From Marispirochaeta sp. (GTDB taxonomy: Bacteria > Spirochaetota > Spirochaetia > JC444 > Marispirochaetaceae): a DNA stretch of 64,000 bases. Where the stretch lies: assembly GCA_963676835.2 (NCBI GenBank), contig CAXXFF010000002.1:320001-384000 (forward strand), read 5' to 3'. Under the pieces are notes generated by a model that worked only from the letters and a program-made list of their open reading frames with translations, was not told the DNA's origin and searched no databases. The position numbers and the translations under genes were made by a program. Shown one piece after another: positions 17,837-26,881 of the stretch (its first letter is position 1; every line of letters begins with the position of its first letter).

Positions 17837-18136
17837 ATGGGAGATGTTCAAATGAATCTTGGACCGGAAGAACTGCAGAAAATAGGTGACTATGTACGGC
17901 TCCACCTGGCGGACTGGCTTCCCAAAACAACTACCGAGCGGGAAATCAACTTAGTCGAGCGCATTGTCAGAGTAGAGGAAGAGCTCAAATCCCAGCGGGA
18001 ACTGATGAAACAGGGCTTTGATTCTATTGATAAGCGGTTTGAGGCCGTAGACAGACGTTACAGCAGCCAGCAATGGATGATCGGCCTCAGTTTTACCCTC
18101 ATTGCCGGGTTGATGGCTGTCTTTAATTTTGTCTGA
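17837..18136 (+). CDS. Coiled-coil/TM protein, copy E (2 heptads)
   Basis: 99-aa paralog of copy A. Confidence 0.9.
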   Translation: MGDVQMNLGPEELQKIGDYVRLHLADWLPKTTTEREINLVERIVRVEEELKSQRELMKQGFDSIDKRFEAVDRRYSSQQWMIGLSFTLIAGLMAVFNFV

Positions 18137-18190
18137 ACCGGTCAATTCCGGGTTCTTTTTCGCCAGTAGAAGGGCAGCAATGCGGCTCTT

Positions 18191-19306
18191 CTACAGCCAT
18201 TCCGGAGGGAGCTGATCAAGGTAATCCTTTACCCCCTGGCTCATGCCTTTTTTGCAGATAAGGGCCCGACCGTTTTTAATAACCACAATTAAATCGTCCG
18301 CCCCGATTACTGAAACTGGAATATCCGACAGGATGTAGTTTTCAGCACCTTCAGGGTTGGCGGCTGCGGGAAAGTCCTGGGGAAAGAGCCTTGAAAACTC
18401 GTCCCAGCTGCCCACATCGTTCCATTCAAACTCAGCTGCCACCACCGCCGCCCGGGAGGTTTTCTCCATTACAGCGTAATCGACAGAGATTTTCGGGGCA
18501 TTCCGGTAGAGTTCCGCTACCCGGGACGATTCAAACACCCTGCTCACCGCTTCTCCGGTGCCAGATATTCCCGGAGGAATCTTTTTAAGTGAATTGTACA
18601 GCGAAGCAACTTCGGGGGCGTTCACTTCAAGTTCTTCTGCAAACTTGCGGACGGTAAACAGAAACATGCCGGAGTTCCAGGTGAAATTCCCCGCCGCAAC
18701 AAACTTTTCGGCAGTCTCAAGATCCGGCTTCTCACGGAAGCGGGCAACATGTCTGCCGAATGCCGACTGGCCGGGAAGATCCTCCCCTGCTTCAATATAA
18801 CCATAGCCGGTTTCGGGTCTGGTCGGAGTAATTCCGAAGGTTACAATGTAGCCCGCCCGGGCAATTTCTTCGGCAGCGGCAACGTCTCCGATGAAAGACT
18901 GTACCGGCTGAATTAAATGGTCCGCAGGCAGAACCAGTACCGACTCGTTTTCGGAACCAAGAGAGGCACAGCAGGCAGCACCGGAAGCGATAGCCGGTGC
19001 AGTATTTCTTCCTGCCGGTTCCCCCAGAACCAGAAGCTCCGGAAGATTCCCTCCATCTGCAGAAGCAGATTCAGAAAATTTCTGCATTTCCGCAGCGGCC
19101 TGATCAGCCTGATCGGCAAGGGTTACCACCATAATTCGCCGCGGCTTCAGGGCAGCCGCCCGTTCTATAGTAAGCAGGAGCAGGGTTTTCCTCTCTTTTA
19201 CCGGCATATATTGCTTCGGTACCTGCTTTATCGAGGCAGGCCAGAGCCGGGTCCCCGAACCGCCTGCAAGAATAAGCACATTATCTACAATTGGGTTTCC
19301 AGTCAT
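18191..19306 (-). CDS. manC: Mannose-1-phosphate guanylyltransferase
   Basis: ILAGGSGTRLWPAS..PKQ, EPAGRNTAPA, PETGYGYI and WNDVGSW; no PMI domain. Confidence 0.9.
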   Translation of the reverse strand: MTGNPIVDNVLILAGGSGTRLWPASIKQVPKQYMPVKERKTLLLLTIERAAALKPRRIMVVTLADQADQAAAEMQKFSESASADGGNLPELLVLGEPAGRNTAPAIASGAACCASLGSENESVLVLPADHLIQPVQSFIGDVAAAEEIARAGYIVTFGITPTRPETGYGYIEAGEDLPGQSAFGRHVARFREKPDLETAEKFVAAGNFTWNSGMFLFTVRKFAEELEVNAPEVASLYNSLKKIPPGISGTGEAVSRVFESSRVAELYRNAPKISVDYAVMEKTSRAAVVAAEFEWNDVGSWDEFSRLFPQDFPAAANPEGAENYILSDIPVSVIGADDLIVVIKNGRALICKKGMSQGVKDYLDQLPPEWL

Positions 19307-19442
19307 GGCCAGATACTAACGTGTTCTGCAGGAAGAAGACAAGCTTTAGGGCTGTTCTAAAAATAAAGATGAATTGACCACCTTCCGGGATGAGGTTTAT
19401 TATGAGCCATACATCGCACACCCTTATCGGAGGTTCCACATC

Positions 19443-20534
19443 ATGGCTAAAACGGGTTTCACTTTATCTATCTATCCCTGGGTATACATCGCCCAGTCCG
19501 AAGACACAGGCTGGAAGGAAGAGTTCCAGGAGAAACCCCACATGACTCCCGCAAAGGAGGCTTCTCTGGATGAAAACGCCAGGGCTGAACTTCTTGCAAA
19601 ACGGAACTCCTTTCCCGATCTTCCCCTGGTAAATTATACCTCACAGTACGGCATGGGCTGCTTCGAAGGCCTTAAGGCTTTTCCCCAGAAAGACGGGGGA
19701 TTAAAGATTTTCCGCCCTGACGAGAACGCTAAACGCTTCCGGAATTCCATGGAAGGGCTAATGATGCCTGGATTTCCTGAGGAAAAGTTCGTAGAAGGTG
19801 TAAGGGAAATCGTAAAACGAAATAAAGAGATGGGCTTTGCCCCGGTTTACGACCCTGCCTGGGAAGCCGGTGATTTTGCCGAAGGCCATGCAGTATATAT
19901 CCGGCCATTCAGCTACTCAGAACCGGCCATAGGCCTCGGTTTGAGCAGCAAACCCTGGGTTATAGCCATAACCACTCCCGTTGGCTCCTATTTCCGTCCC
20001 GGTAACTGCAAGGCGGTAACCACCGACAAGGTCCGGGCATTTCCCGGCGGTACGGGCTGGATTAAATGTGATGCAAACTACGTTGTGCCCACTCTGGTTA
20101 AAAAGCGCTCTGAAGCCGAAGGCTACATGGAGGCTATTTTCCTTGATGCCGCAAGCCAGAAATATATAGAAGAAGGATCATCCTGCAATATCTTCTTTGT
20201 TATGAAGAACGGAAGTCTGGTAACCCCGGAACTGGGAGACACCATCCTTCCCGGCATTACCCGGGCAAGTACCATTCGGATTGCCAGCGATCTTGGCATT
20301 CATGTGGAAGAACGTAAAGTAACCATCGATGAGGTACTGGATAACGGTACAGAATGTTTCGTTACCGGAACAGCCGCCGGAGTCAGCTACCTGGAATCAA
20401 TTACCCACAACGGCCGAACCAAGGTATTCAATGGGAGTGCCATCGGTGAAACCACCAGAACACTGCAGACCACTCTAAAAGGCATTCAGTACGGTGCGGT
20501 TGAGGACAAGCACGGCTGGATGTTTTCCGTTTAA
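19443..20534 (+). CDS. ilvE: Branched-chain amino acid aminotransferase
   Basis: YGMGCFEGLKAF, IFRPDEN, ILPGITR and TGTAA; ATG 19443 follows GGAGG. Confidence 0.88.
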   Translation: MAKTGFTLSIYPWVYIAQSEDTGWKEEFQEKPHMTPAKEASLDENARAELLAKRNSFPDLPLVNYTSQYGMGCFEGLKAFPQKDGGLKIFRPDENAKRFRNSMEGLMMPGFPEEKFVEGVREIVKRNKEMGFAPVYDPAWEAGDFAEGHAVYIRPFSYSEPAIGLGLSSKPWVIAITTPVGSYFRPGNCKAVTTDKVRAFPGGTGWIKCDANYVVPTLVKKRSEAEGYMEAIFLDAASQKYIEEGSSCNIFFVMKNGSLVTPELGDTILPGITRASTIRIASDLGIHVEERKVTIDEVLDNGTECFVTGTAAGVSYLESITHNGRTKVFNGSAIGETTRTLQTTLKGIQYGAVEDKHGWMFSV

Positions 20535-20565
20535 AGGGCTGAACCCGGAATAATACCTGCTGCCC

Positions 20566-23500
20566 TTATTGCAGCTTTAGAGTCTCCATATCCAATGGGA
20601 TATCTGTATAGATCTGAAGGTCGTAGTTCTCCACCGGATAAAGCATGGCCCGCTGGTTCAGGTATCCCAGGTTCACCGCACTTCCCCGCTGCATACTCTC
20701 CGGCTCCCTGCGAAGCAGGTCAAAATTTTCAGCAGAATCAGTGAAATGCCCAAGGGCCCGGGAAAACTTTTCACGATCCCCCGAGGCAAGAGAAAGCCGC
20801 TGAAGAGTCACCCCGAGGTTGTTATGGGTACGGATCAGCCTTTCAATGAGTGAATAGTCCTCTTCCCGCTCGTTGGGAAGGAGCACGCTGATATTTCTGC
20901 GCTCCTGCTGCAGTTCATCAAGGAGATGAGTATAGTACCCCTGGGCGGCGTAGTAGTCTGACCGGTTAAACAGGGCATTTCCGGTGGCAAGAAGCAGGTT
21001 TTCGTTATCCGAATAATCATCCGCAGCCAGGTAGAACTCGGCAAGGGCATCCTGATATTCAGTGTTATTGTAATAGATATAGCCTTTCTTGTAGTTGATT
21101 TCCGGGGCTTTGTACCCGGTTTTCTCCGCCTGGGTAAACATTTCAAAGGCACTGCCGAACTCAGCGGCGATGTAATAGTAGAGATCGCCCAGATTTTTAT
21201 AGATCCGTCCGAACATCGGCTCAGGTTCGAGCACCCGGCGTTCAAGACCATCCTCATACTGGTCACGGGCTGTAAGAAAGTACTCTTCTGCAGTCAGATA
21301 GAGTCCATCCTGATAATCAACCTCCCCCTGCCGGTTATAGGTATCGATAAGCAGCTTCTGCTGCCGTTTTCCCAGCGGGGTGGTCTGCTCAAAATAGTGC
21401 TCCGCATAATCCAGAGCCTTGCGTTCCTCAACAGGATTATCCACACGCCTGAAATAACGGGAAAGATTATAGTGCCCCTCCGGCAGCTCAGGTTCTTCCT
21501 CCAGCGCCCTGGAGAGAATCCCCCGAACATCATCAAGGTCGTTTTTCCCGATCAGGTAACCTCCAAGTTCAGCGTAGGCATCGGGTTCAACCTTCAGTTT
21601 TTCCGCTGCCTCAAACTGATCCTTAAGGCGGGTTACCTCCTTGTAATTATCGGTGCGGATAAAATAGCGGAGCATGCGGAAAAGGTATTCATACTTCTGA
21701 CCGTAGTACTGCATAAGCACGGAATAGGAATGCCGGGCATCCTCATAGCGCTGATAGTCGTACTCTCCCCAGGCAAGGTAATTATCCCCCTCGGCAAGCA
21801 GGGCATCCCGGTCGTGCCGTTCCTGGGCAAGGAGAACATCAAGAAGTTCTTCGGCATGTTCAAAATTCTCGGTCTTTTCTGTCTCCATGGCAGCGTAATC
21901 CAGCAGAGCCTGCCGTTCAGATCCCCGGATTTTATCCACCTCCGGGTGTTTCTCGAGCCTGCCGTTTCTCCGGATAAGCACCGGTGCGGCCAGCGCCTCA
22001 TATTTTGCCCCTGCGAGACTGTACTGCCTGCGGTCAGCAAACCCTTCTGCATAACGGAAATACTGATTCTTGTATCTCCACTCTTCCGTTGCGTTATCAA
22101 AGAAGAGATTCGCTTCCCGGTATGCATCCTGCTCCAGCTGCCTGTATCCGGCATTGTAAAGAATAAGAGCATGGATGGGACGGTAGACGAAGGTATAGCT
22201 TAAAAAGCCCAGAAGCCCCACGGCGACCAGAACCAGTGCGGCAACCCTGAGAATGGGAAGAATTGTGTGCCTGAAGGCATAGGCAAAGGTTCCTTTTTCT
22301 TCTTCAAAGGCCGCACCGGTACTCTTCTCATACCGGGTTGGAATTTTTATCTTTTTGCCCGTAATGGTGCCGACCAGGGCTGCAATTTCTTTGGAGCTTT
22401 TGCCGTCGACCAGGGCACGAACAAGCTTCTGCAGGTGCGGCCCGGAAAGGTTTTTCTCGCCGATCAGTTCTTCGACGGCAATCTTCAGATTCAGCGGCTG
22501 GAGATTCAGGGTCTCCTGAAGGGCCTCAAATTCATCATCCTCAAGATCCAGAACTTCATCACTCTGAGGCAGTTCACCGCTGACGTCCAGTGCCGGGTTC
22601 AGCTGCTCTTCCGTCCCGACATCAAAGGTCTCTTCGAGTTCCCCGAACTGCTCGCCCAGATCACCCAGGCTGAACTCATCTACCTCAAAGTTGTTTTCAT
22701 CAATATCTTCGATATCGCCGGCGGAGGGAATTTCAAATTCATCAAATTCTCCACCTTCATCAGCGGCTGCGCCGGGGATCGATGGTTCATCGAAGGGAAA
22801 ATCTTCCGAAATCGAGAAATCCGCTTCATCCCCGCCGGAATCCGAACTGAACTCATCATCGAAGAATGAGAGTTCTTCATCCGCACCGTCCGCAGGGCCT
22901 TCCTCCGGCGCGGCAATTGAATCATCATCAAAGGAAAACTCTTCGTCGAGCCCGGGCAGGCTGAAATCCTCTTCCACGGCCTCTCCGGTTGATTCTTCCA
23001 TCTCACCATCGGAAAAAGAAATTTCATCGCCAACTGGAGTCTCTTCCATGTCCTCCATGGAAAAATCATCGGGGAGAGAAAATTCATCCTCTCCTTCTAT
23101 GGCATCCCCGAGGGCTTCTTCCTCAAGCCCTGCAGGGATATCGAAACTCTCCTCTGCCTCATCAGATGCAGACTGATCAGCATCACCATCAAGTTCAAGC
23201 AGGTCCGCGGCATCGGCAAACTCTTCGGGAATTTCAAACTCGTCCGCTCCTGCCGCTGAATCTTCAGTAAAATCCATGCCTTCAGGGGTGGAAAAATCAT
23301 CTTCCTCAGGTATATCTGCACTTTCGGATTCTTCCGGGAAATCAAAACCGTCGGGCAATCCGAACTCATCATCCCCTTCTTCGGCTGGCTCTCCTTCCTC
23401 AATAGGGGCAACAGGTTCATCGACTGACTCATCGCCAAAGTCCATCCCCGCGGGCAGCCCGAACTCATCTTCCGACTCTATTTCCGCAGCTTCAACCGGC

Positions 23501-24291
23501 TCTTCTTCCGCATCGGAAAAATCAAAGCCCTCGGGGAGACCGAAATCGTCCTCCCCTTCGGAGGAAGACTCCTCAAGGGCTTCCTCGGAAATGTCCATAT
23601 CATCGGGCAGACTGAAATCACCTTCAGAGTCAACGGCGGGAATGTCTGCAGTTTCATCAGTGAAATCCATACCTTCCGGCAGGCTGAAATCATCTTCTGC
23701 TGACGGTAAAGGCTCTTCTTCACCGTCAGCGATTGTCTCTTCAAGAAAGTCCATACCTTCCGGCAGGGAAAAATCATCTTCCGCGTCAGCGGCAGACTCA
23801 TTTGAGAAATCCGCTTCTTCAGATAGCTCGCCTTCGTCGGACTCTTCCAACGAAGGCTCGTCGGAAGCAAAATCAGCAGGAATATCGAGCCCGTCGGGAA
23901 GAGAAAATTCATCCTCCGGTTCGCCCATATCCGAAGCAGCATCACCCTCTTCAGATGTTTCATCTTCATCATCAAGACTGAACCCGGAAAGCAGGTCTTC
24001 GGGGATGGAAAAATCATCTTCTTCATCCTGGGTTGATGGCGGAAGCTGGTCTTCCCCTTCATCCACACCGAAGATTGATTCTTCCGGCTCCTCCGCCACA
24101 GAGGCAGGAACGCTCTCATTTCCGAAGTCATCGCCGGCTGTTCCCAGCAGGGCATCCAGGTCGGCATCGAGGCCTGATTCGGGTACGGGAACATCCTCCA
24201 GCCGTTCTCCCCGCTGGGCGAGAATCGACGGTTCATGTCCGAGAGCATTGAGATCTGACTTAAACTGTTCTATGTCTTCGAGCCTGGGCAC
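20566..24291 (-). CDS. flcA: Large acidic-N-terminus/TM/TPR protein, probable periplasmic flagellar collar protein FlcA
   Basis: GTG start (MPRLEDIEQFK..LGHEP..LAQRGE) after AAGGA; long acidic region, single TM and TPR-like C-terminal half; family name from recall. Confidence 0.65.
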   Translation of the reverse strand: MPRLEDIEQFKSDLNALGHEPSILAQRGERLEDVPVPESGLDADLDALLGTAGDDFGNESVPASVAEEPEESIFGVDEGEDQLPPSTQDEEDDFSIPEDLLSGFSLDDEDETSEEGDAASDMGEPEDEFSLPDGLDIPADFASDEPSLEESDEGELSEEADFSNESAADAEDDFSLPEGMDFLEETIADGEEEPLPSAEDDFSLPEGMDFTDETADIPAVDSEGDFSLPDDMDISEEALEESSSEGEDDFGLPEGFDFSDAEEEPVEAAEIESEDEFGLPAGMDFGDESVDEPVAPIEEGEPAEEGDDEFGLPDGFDFPEESESADIPEEDDFSTPEGMDFTEDSAAGADEFEIPEEFADAADLLELDGDADQSASDEAEESFDIPAGLEEEALGDAIEGEDEFSLPDDFSMEDMEETPVGDEISFSDGEMEESTGEAVEEDFSLPGLDEEFSFDDDSIAAPEEGPADGADEELSFFDDEFSSDSGGDEADFSISEDFPFDEPSIPGAAADEGGEFDEFEIPSAGDIEDIDENNFEVDEFSLGDLGEQFGELEETFDVGTEEQLNPALDVSGELPQSDEVLDLEDDEFEALQETLNLQPLNLKIAVEELIGEKNLSGPHLQKLVRALVDGKSSKEIAALVGTITGKKIKIPTRYEKSTGAAFEEEKGTFAYAFRHTILPILRVAALVLVAVGLLGFLSYTFVYRPIHALILYNAGYRQLEQDAYREANLFFDNATEEWRYKNQYFRYAEGFADRRQYSLAGAKYEALAAPVLIRRNGRLEKHPEVDKIRGSERQALLDYAAMETEKTENFEHAEELLDVLLAQERHDRDALLAEGDNYLAWGEYDYQRYEDARHSYSVLMQYYGQKYEYLFRMLRYFIRTDNYKEVTRLKDQFEAAEKLKVEPDAYAELGGYLIGKNDLDDVRGILSRALEEEPELPEGHYNLSRYFRRVDNPVEERKALDYAEHYFEQTTPLGKRQQKLLIDTYNRQGEVDYQDGLYLTAEEYFLTARDQYEDGLERRVLEPEPMFGRIYKNLGDLYYYIAAEFGSAFEMFTQAEKTGYKAPEINYKKGYIYYNNTEYQDALAEFYLAADDYSDNENLLLATGNALFNRSDYYAAQGYYTHLLDELQQERRNISVLLPNEREEDYSLIERLIRTHNNLGVTLQRLSLASGDREKFSRALGHFTDSAENFDLLRREPESMQRGSAVNLGYLNQRAMLYPVENYDLQIYTDIPLDMETLKLQ

Positions 24292-24460
24292 AGTTATTCC
24301 TTCTCTTATGAGAGTTTCGGCCAATTTCTGATTCTGTTCAAGCAGAGTTTTCCACAGGAACCGCGGTATATGGAAAAAACTGCAGCAAACGCCGGATATG
24401 GTCCGGTGAAACTAGCTTTAATAAAGGAAAAAGCCTTTTGTACCGAAAATTGGGACTAAG

Positions 24461-25192
24461 ATGAAGAGAATTTTCCTCACCACTCAACTTGCGATAATTC
24501 TTATCGTTTTTTCTGCCGCCGCCCCGCAGGAAGCAGCCGCAGAAAGCGGGTACAGTCCCCAGTTGAGATCCTATATGCACTCAATGACAGCAGCAGAACA
24601 GCCGCGGATAATCTCCGGGCAGGTGGTTCTCTCATATTTTTCAACTCATCCGGTCCGCTACGTGGCAGCCGCATTCGGCCATGAGGATTTCGCACAATTT
24701 CATATATACCAGAAGAACCAGAACGGGGTATTTCTGTTTACCATGCCCCTTCCGGAAAAGGTGGAGAATCTTACTTACCGGATCATTGTAGACGGACTGT
24801 GGATGAAAGACCCGGTAAACCGGAACATCGTCCATGACAGCCGGGGAATCCCCATATCCATGGTGCAGCTTCCGATCCGCCTGCCCGAAAAAGGCGAAAG
24901 CCCGATTATCCACAGCGATGGTACTGTAGAGTTTGTACACTACGGAACACCGGGAAAAACAGTCACCCTGGCGGGGGACTTCAACCGCTGGAGCCCTTTC
25001 AGCCATGAGCTGAATGAGACCACCCCCGGGGTATATCGTCTGCGTATCCGCCTCTATGAAGGCCCTCACCGCTATACCTACTATGTAAACGGCACCGCAG
25101 TTACTGATTCGCTGAACTCCCAGGTGGCTTATGATGTATTCGGAAATCAGGTTTCAGGCCTGACAGTACCCAGAACACCTGCCGGCAGCTGA
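24461..25192 (+). CDS. Exported protein with two glycogen-binding (CBM48/AMPK-beta-like) modules
   Basis: Signal peptide; YRIIVDGLW..DP.N and VTLAGDFNRW..YTYYVNG motifs. Confidence 0.8.
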   Translation: MKRIFLTTQLAIILIVFSAAAPQEAAAESGYSPQLRSYMHSMTAAEQPRIISGQVVLSYFSTHPVRYVAAAFGHEDFAQFHIYQKNQNGVFLFTMPLPEKVENLTYRIIVDGLWMKDPVNRNIVHDSRGIPISMVQLPIRLPEKGESPIIHSDGTVEFVHYGTPGKTVTLAGDFNRWSPFSHELNETTPGVYRLRIRLYEGPHRYTYYVNGTAVTDSLNSQVAYDVFGNQVSGLTVPRTPAGS

Positions 25193-25261
25193 ATGTCGTT
25201 ACTTCTTTTTATATTTTTCCAGCCTTCTTTCGTAAAGGATCCGTTTCAGACAGTCTAAGCT

Positions 25262-26113
25262 TTAATGACCAAGGGCTTCTCCGGCCCGGTAGGAAGATCT
25301 GACAAAAGGCGCAGAGGCAACGAAACGGAAGCCCCTGGCCTCCGCTTCCCGGCGGTAAAAATCAAAAACCTCCGGCGGCACATATCCAACCACAGGGAAA
25401 TGCTCTTTTGACGGAGCAAGATACTGCCCGATGGTAAGAAAGTCGCAGCCTGCAGCCCTGAGATCATCAAACAGCGAAAGCACCTCTTCCTTTGTTTCAC
25501 CAAGTCCAACCATCAGCCCGGTTTTCGCAGCCACCGGAGCTTCCGCTGCAGCCACCCTGCGCAGAAGTTCAACAGACTGTTGGTAATCCGCCTGGGGACG
25601 CACATCTGCATAGAGCCTGGGAACGGTCTCTACATTGTGATTAATAATCTCCGGACCGGCATCAATTACCGTCTGAAGGGCAGCTTCATCCCCTTTAAAA
25701 TCCGGAATCAGCACCTCCACACTAGCTTCGGGAACATGATCGCGAAGAGCCTTGATTACCGCGGCAAAATGGCCGGAACCGCCGTCGGGAAGATCATCTC
25801 TGGTCACAGATGTAACCACCACATGACGCAATCCCAGTTCGGCAGCCGCTTTTGCCAGACGTTCCGGCTCATCCGGATCGACCAGTTCCGGCGCACCGGG
25901 GGTAACATTGCAGAATCGGCAGTTTCTGGTACAGACACTGCCGAGGATCATGAATGTTGCAGTTCTGGAAGAGAAACACTCCATCCTGTTGGGGCAGTTT
26001 GCCTCAACACAGACAGTATTCAGGTGCATTTTCTTTAAAATTGCTTTAACAGCGTTCAGGTCTCTTCCACCCCGCACAGGGATCTTCAGCCAGTCAGGTT
26101 TCCTCATACTCAT
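25262..26113 (-). CDS. lipA: Lipoyl synthase
   Basis: [27 protein letters not shown] and VRSSY; ATGA overlap with lipB. Confidence 0.96.
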   Translation of the reverse strand: MSMRKPDWLKIPVRGGRDLNAVKAILKKMHLNTVCVEANCPNRMECFSSRTATFMILGSVCTRNCRFCNVTPGAPELVDPDEPERLAKAAAELGLRHVVVTSVTRDDLPDGGSGHFAAVIKALRDHVPEASVEVLIPDFKGDEAALQTVIDAGPEIINHNVETVPRLYADVRPQADYQQSVELLRRVAAAEAPVAAKTGLMVGLGETKEEVLSLFDDLRAAGCDFLTIGQYLAPSKEHFPVVGYVPPEVFDFYRREAEARGFRFVASAPFVRSSYRAGEALGH

Positions 26114-26793
26114 ATTATCAGTTTCTCCGGGTAATCCCATGATATCTCTTCAATCTCATCATAGCCGTATATTTCTCGAAAGCAGGCGGCATATTCGTGC
26201 CGGGCTTTTGTCATATCTGTTTCCGTCCCGGTTAAGCGGGCGACGGAGGTAACTCCCCGGTCGAGAATTCCGCAGGGGACAATCCAGCTGAACGGAGTAA
26301 GGTCACAGTTAATATTAAGGGCGAACCCGTGCATGGTTACCCCCCGGCTGATACTTATCCCCAGGGCGGCAATCTTTTCATCACCAGTCCAGACCCCGAC
26401 ATGTTCATCACTCAAACCGGAATCAATATCATGAGCCCGTTTAAGATAAAGAATTACCGACTCTTCCAGCCGGTTTACAAAAAGCTTCAGCTTGCGCTGA
26501 TGATGATACAGATTGGCGATAATATAGCCGACAAGCTGTCCCGGACCGTGATAAGTAACCTGGCCTCCCCGGTCAATCTCTGCAACATCTACTCCCCGTT
26601 TATGAAACAGCTCGGGAGAGAGGAGGAGATCGTTGTTTTTTCCTCTTTTTCCCAGGGTAACCACCGGAGGATGTTCCAGCAGAAGCAGGGTATCCGGTAT
26701 TTCCTCATCAATCCTGCGGCGACGCAGCTCCTTCTGCAGCTCCAGCGCCTCTTCATAGGGTACCGCCGGGGCGTAAATAATCCTCAGTTTCAT
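26110..26793 (-). CDS. lipB: Octanoyltransferase
   Basis: [29 protein letters not shown] and IVPCG. Confidence 0.95.
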   Translation of the reverse strand: MKLRIIYAPAVPYEEALELQKELRRRRIDEEIPDTLLLLEHPPVVTLGKRGKNNDLLLSPELFHKRGVDVAEIDRGGQVTYHGPGQLVGYIIANLYHHQRKLKLFVNRLEESVILYLKRAHDIDSGLSDEHVGVWTGDEKIAALGISISRGVTMHGFALNINCDLTPFSWIVPCGILDRGVTSVARLTGTETDMTKARHEYAACFREIYGYDEIEEISWDYPEKLII

Positions 26794-26881
26794 ACAGTGG
26801 TCCAATTTACCGCCTCTTGCGTCTTTACGGCAAGTGCAGAGACTATTCCATTCAGGATTTTAGAGATATTATTCCCGAAAG

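Larger units (their letters stand above)
15775..18136 (+). repeat. Tandem array of five ~430-560 bp units (conserved leader + coiled-coil/TM gene)
   Basis: Leader TGAAGCAAAC...TATAGAGATC(C/A)ATACAAAAAAGAGGTATTAT recurs at 15775, 16285, 16768, 17208 and 17761. Confidence 0.95.

Noticed and set aside
15775..18136. CRISPR array or integron cassette array
   Set aside because: Units are paralogous genes rather than unique spacers or cassettes; no cas or integrase gene and no attC core sites seen.
15851..18136. Diversity-generating retroelement
   Set aside because: No reverse transcriptase in the window, and the differences are not adenine-specific.
15920..18145. Minus-strand ORFs over the array (also 9548-9769 and 12163-12384)
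   Set aside because: Antisense shadows of the repeat genes; the RBS and TM logic are on the plus strand.
22691..24331. Long Ser-rich plus-strand ORFs (161 and 351 aa)
   Set aside because: Antisense mirror of the Asp/Glu codons in the FlcA-like gene.
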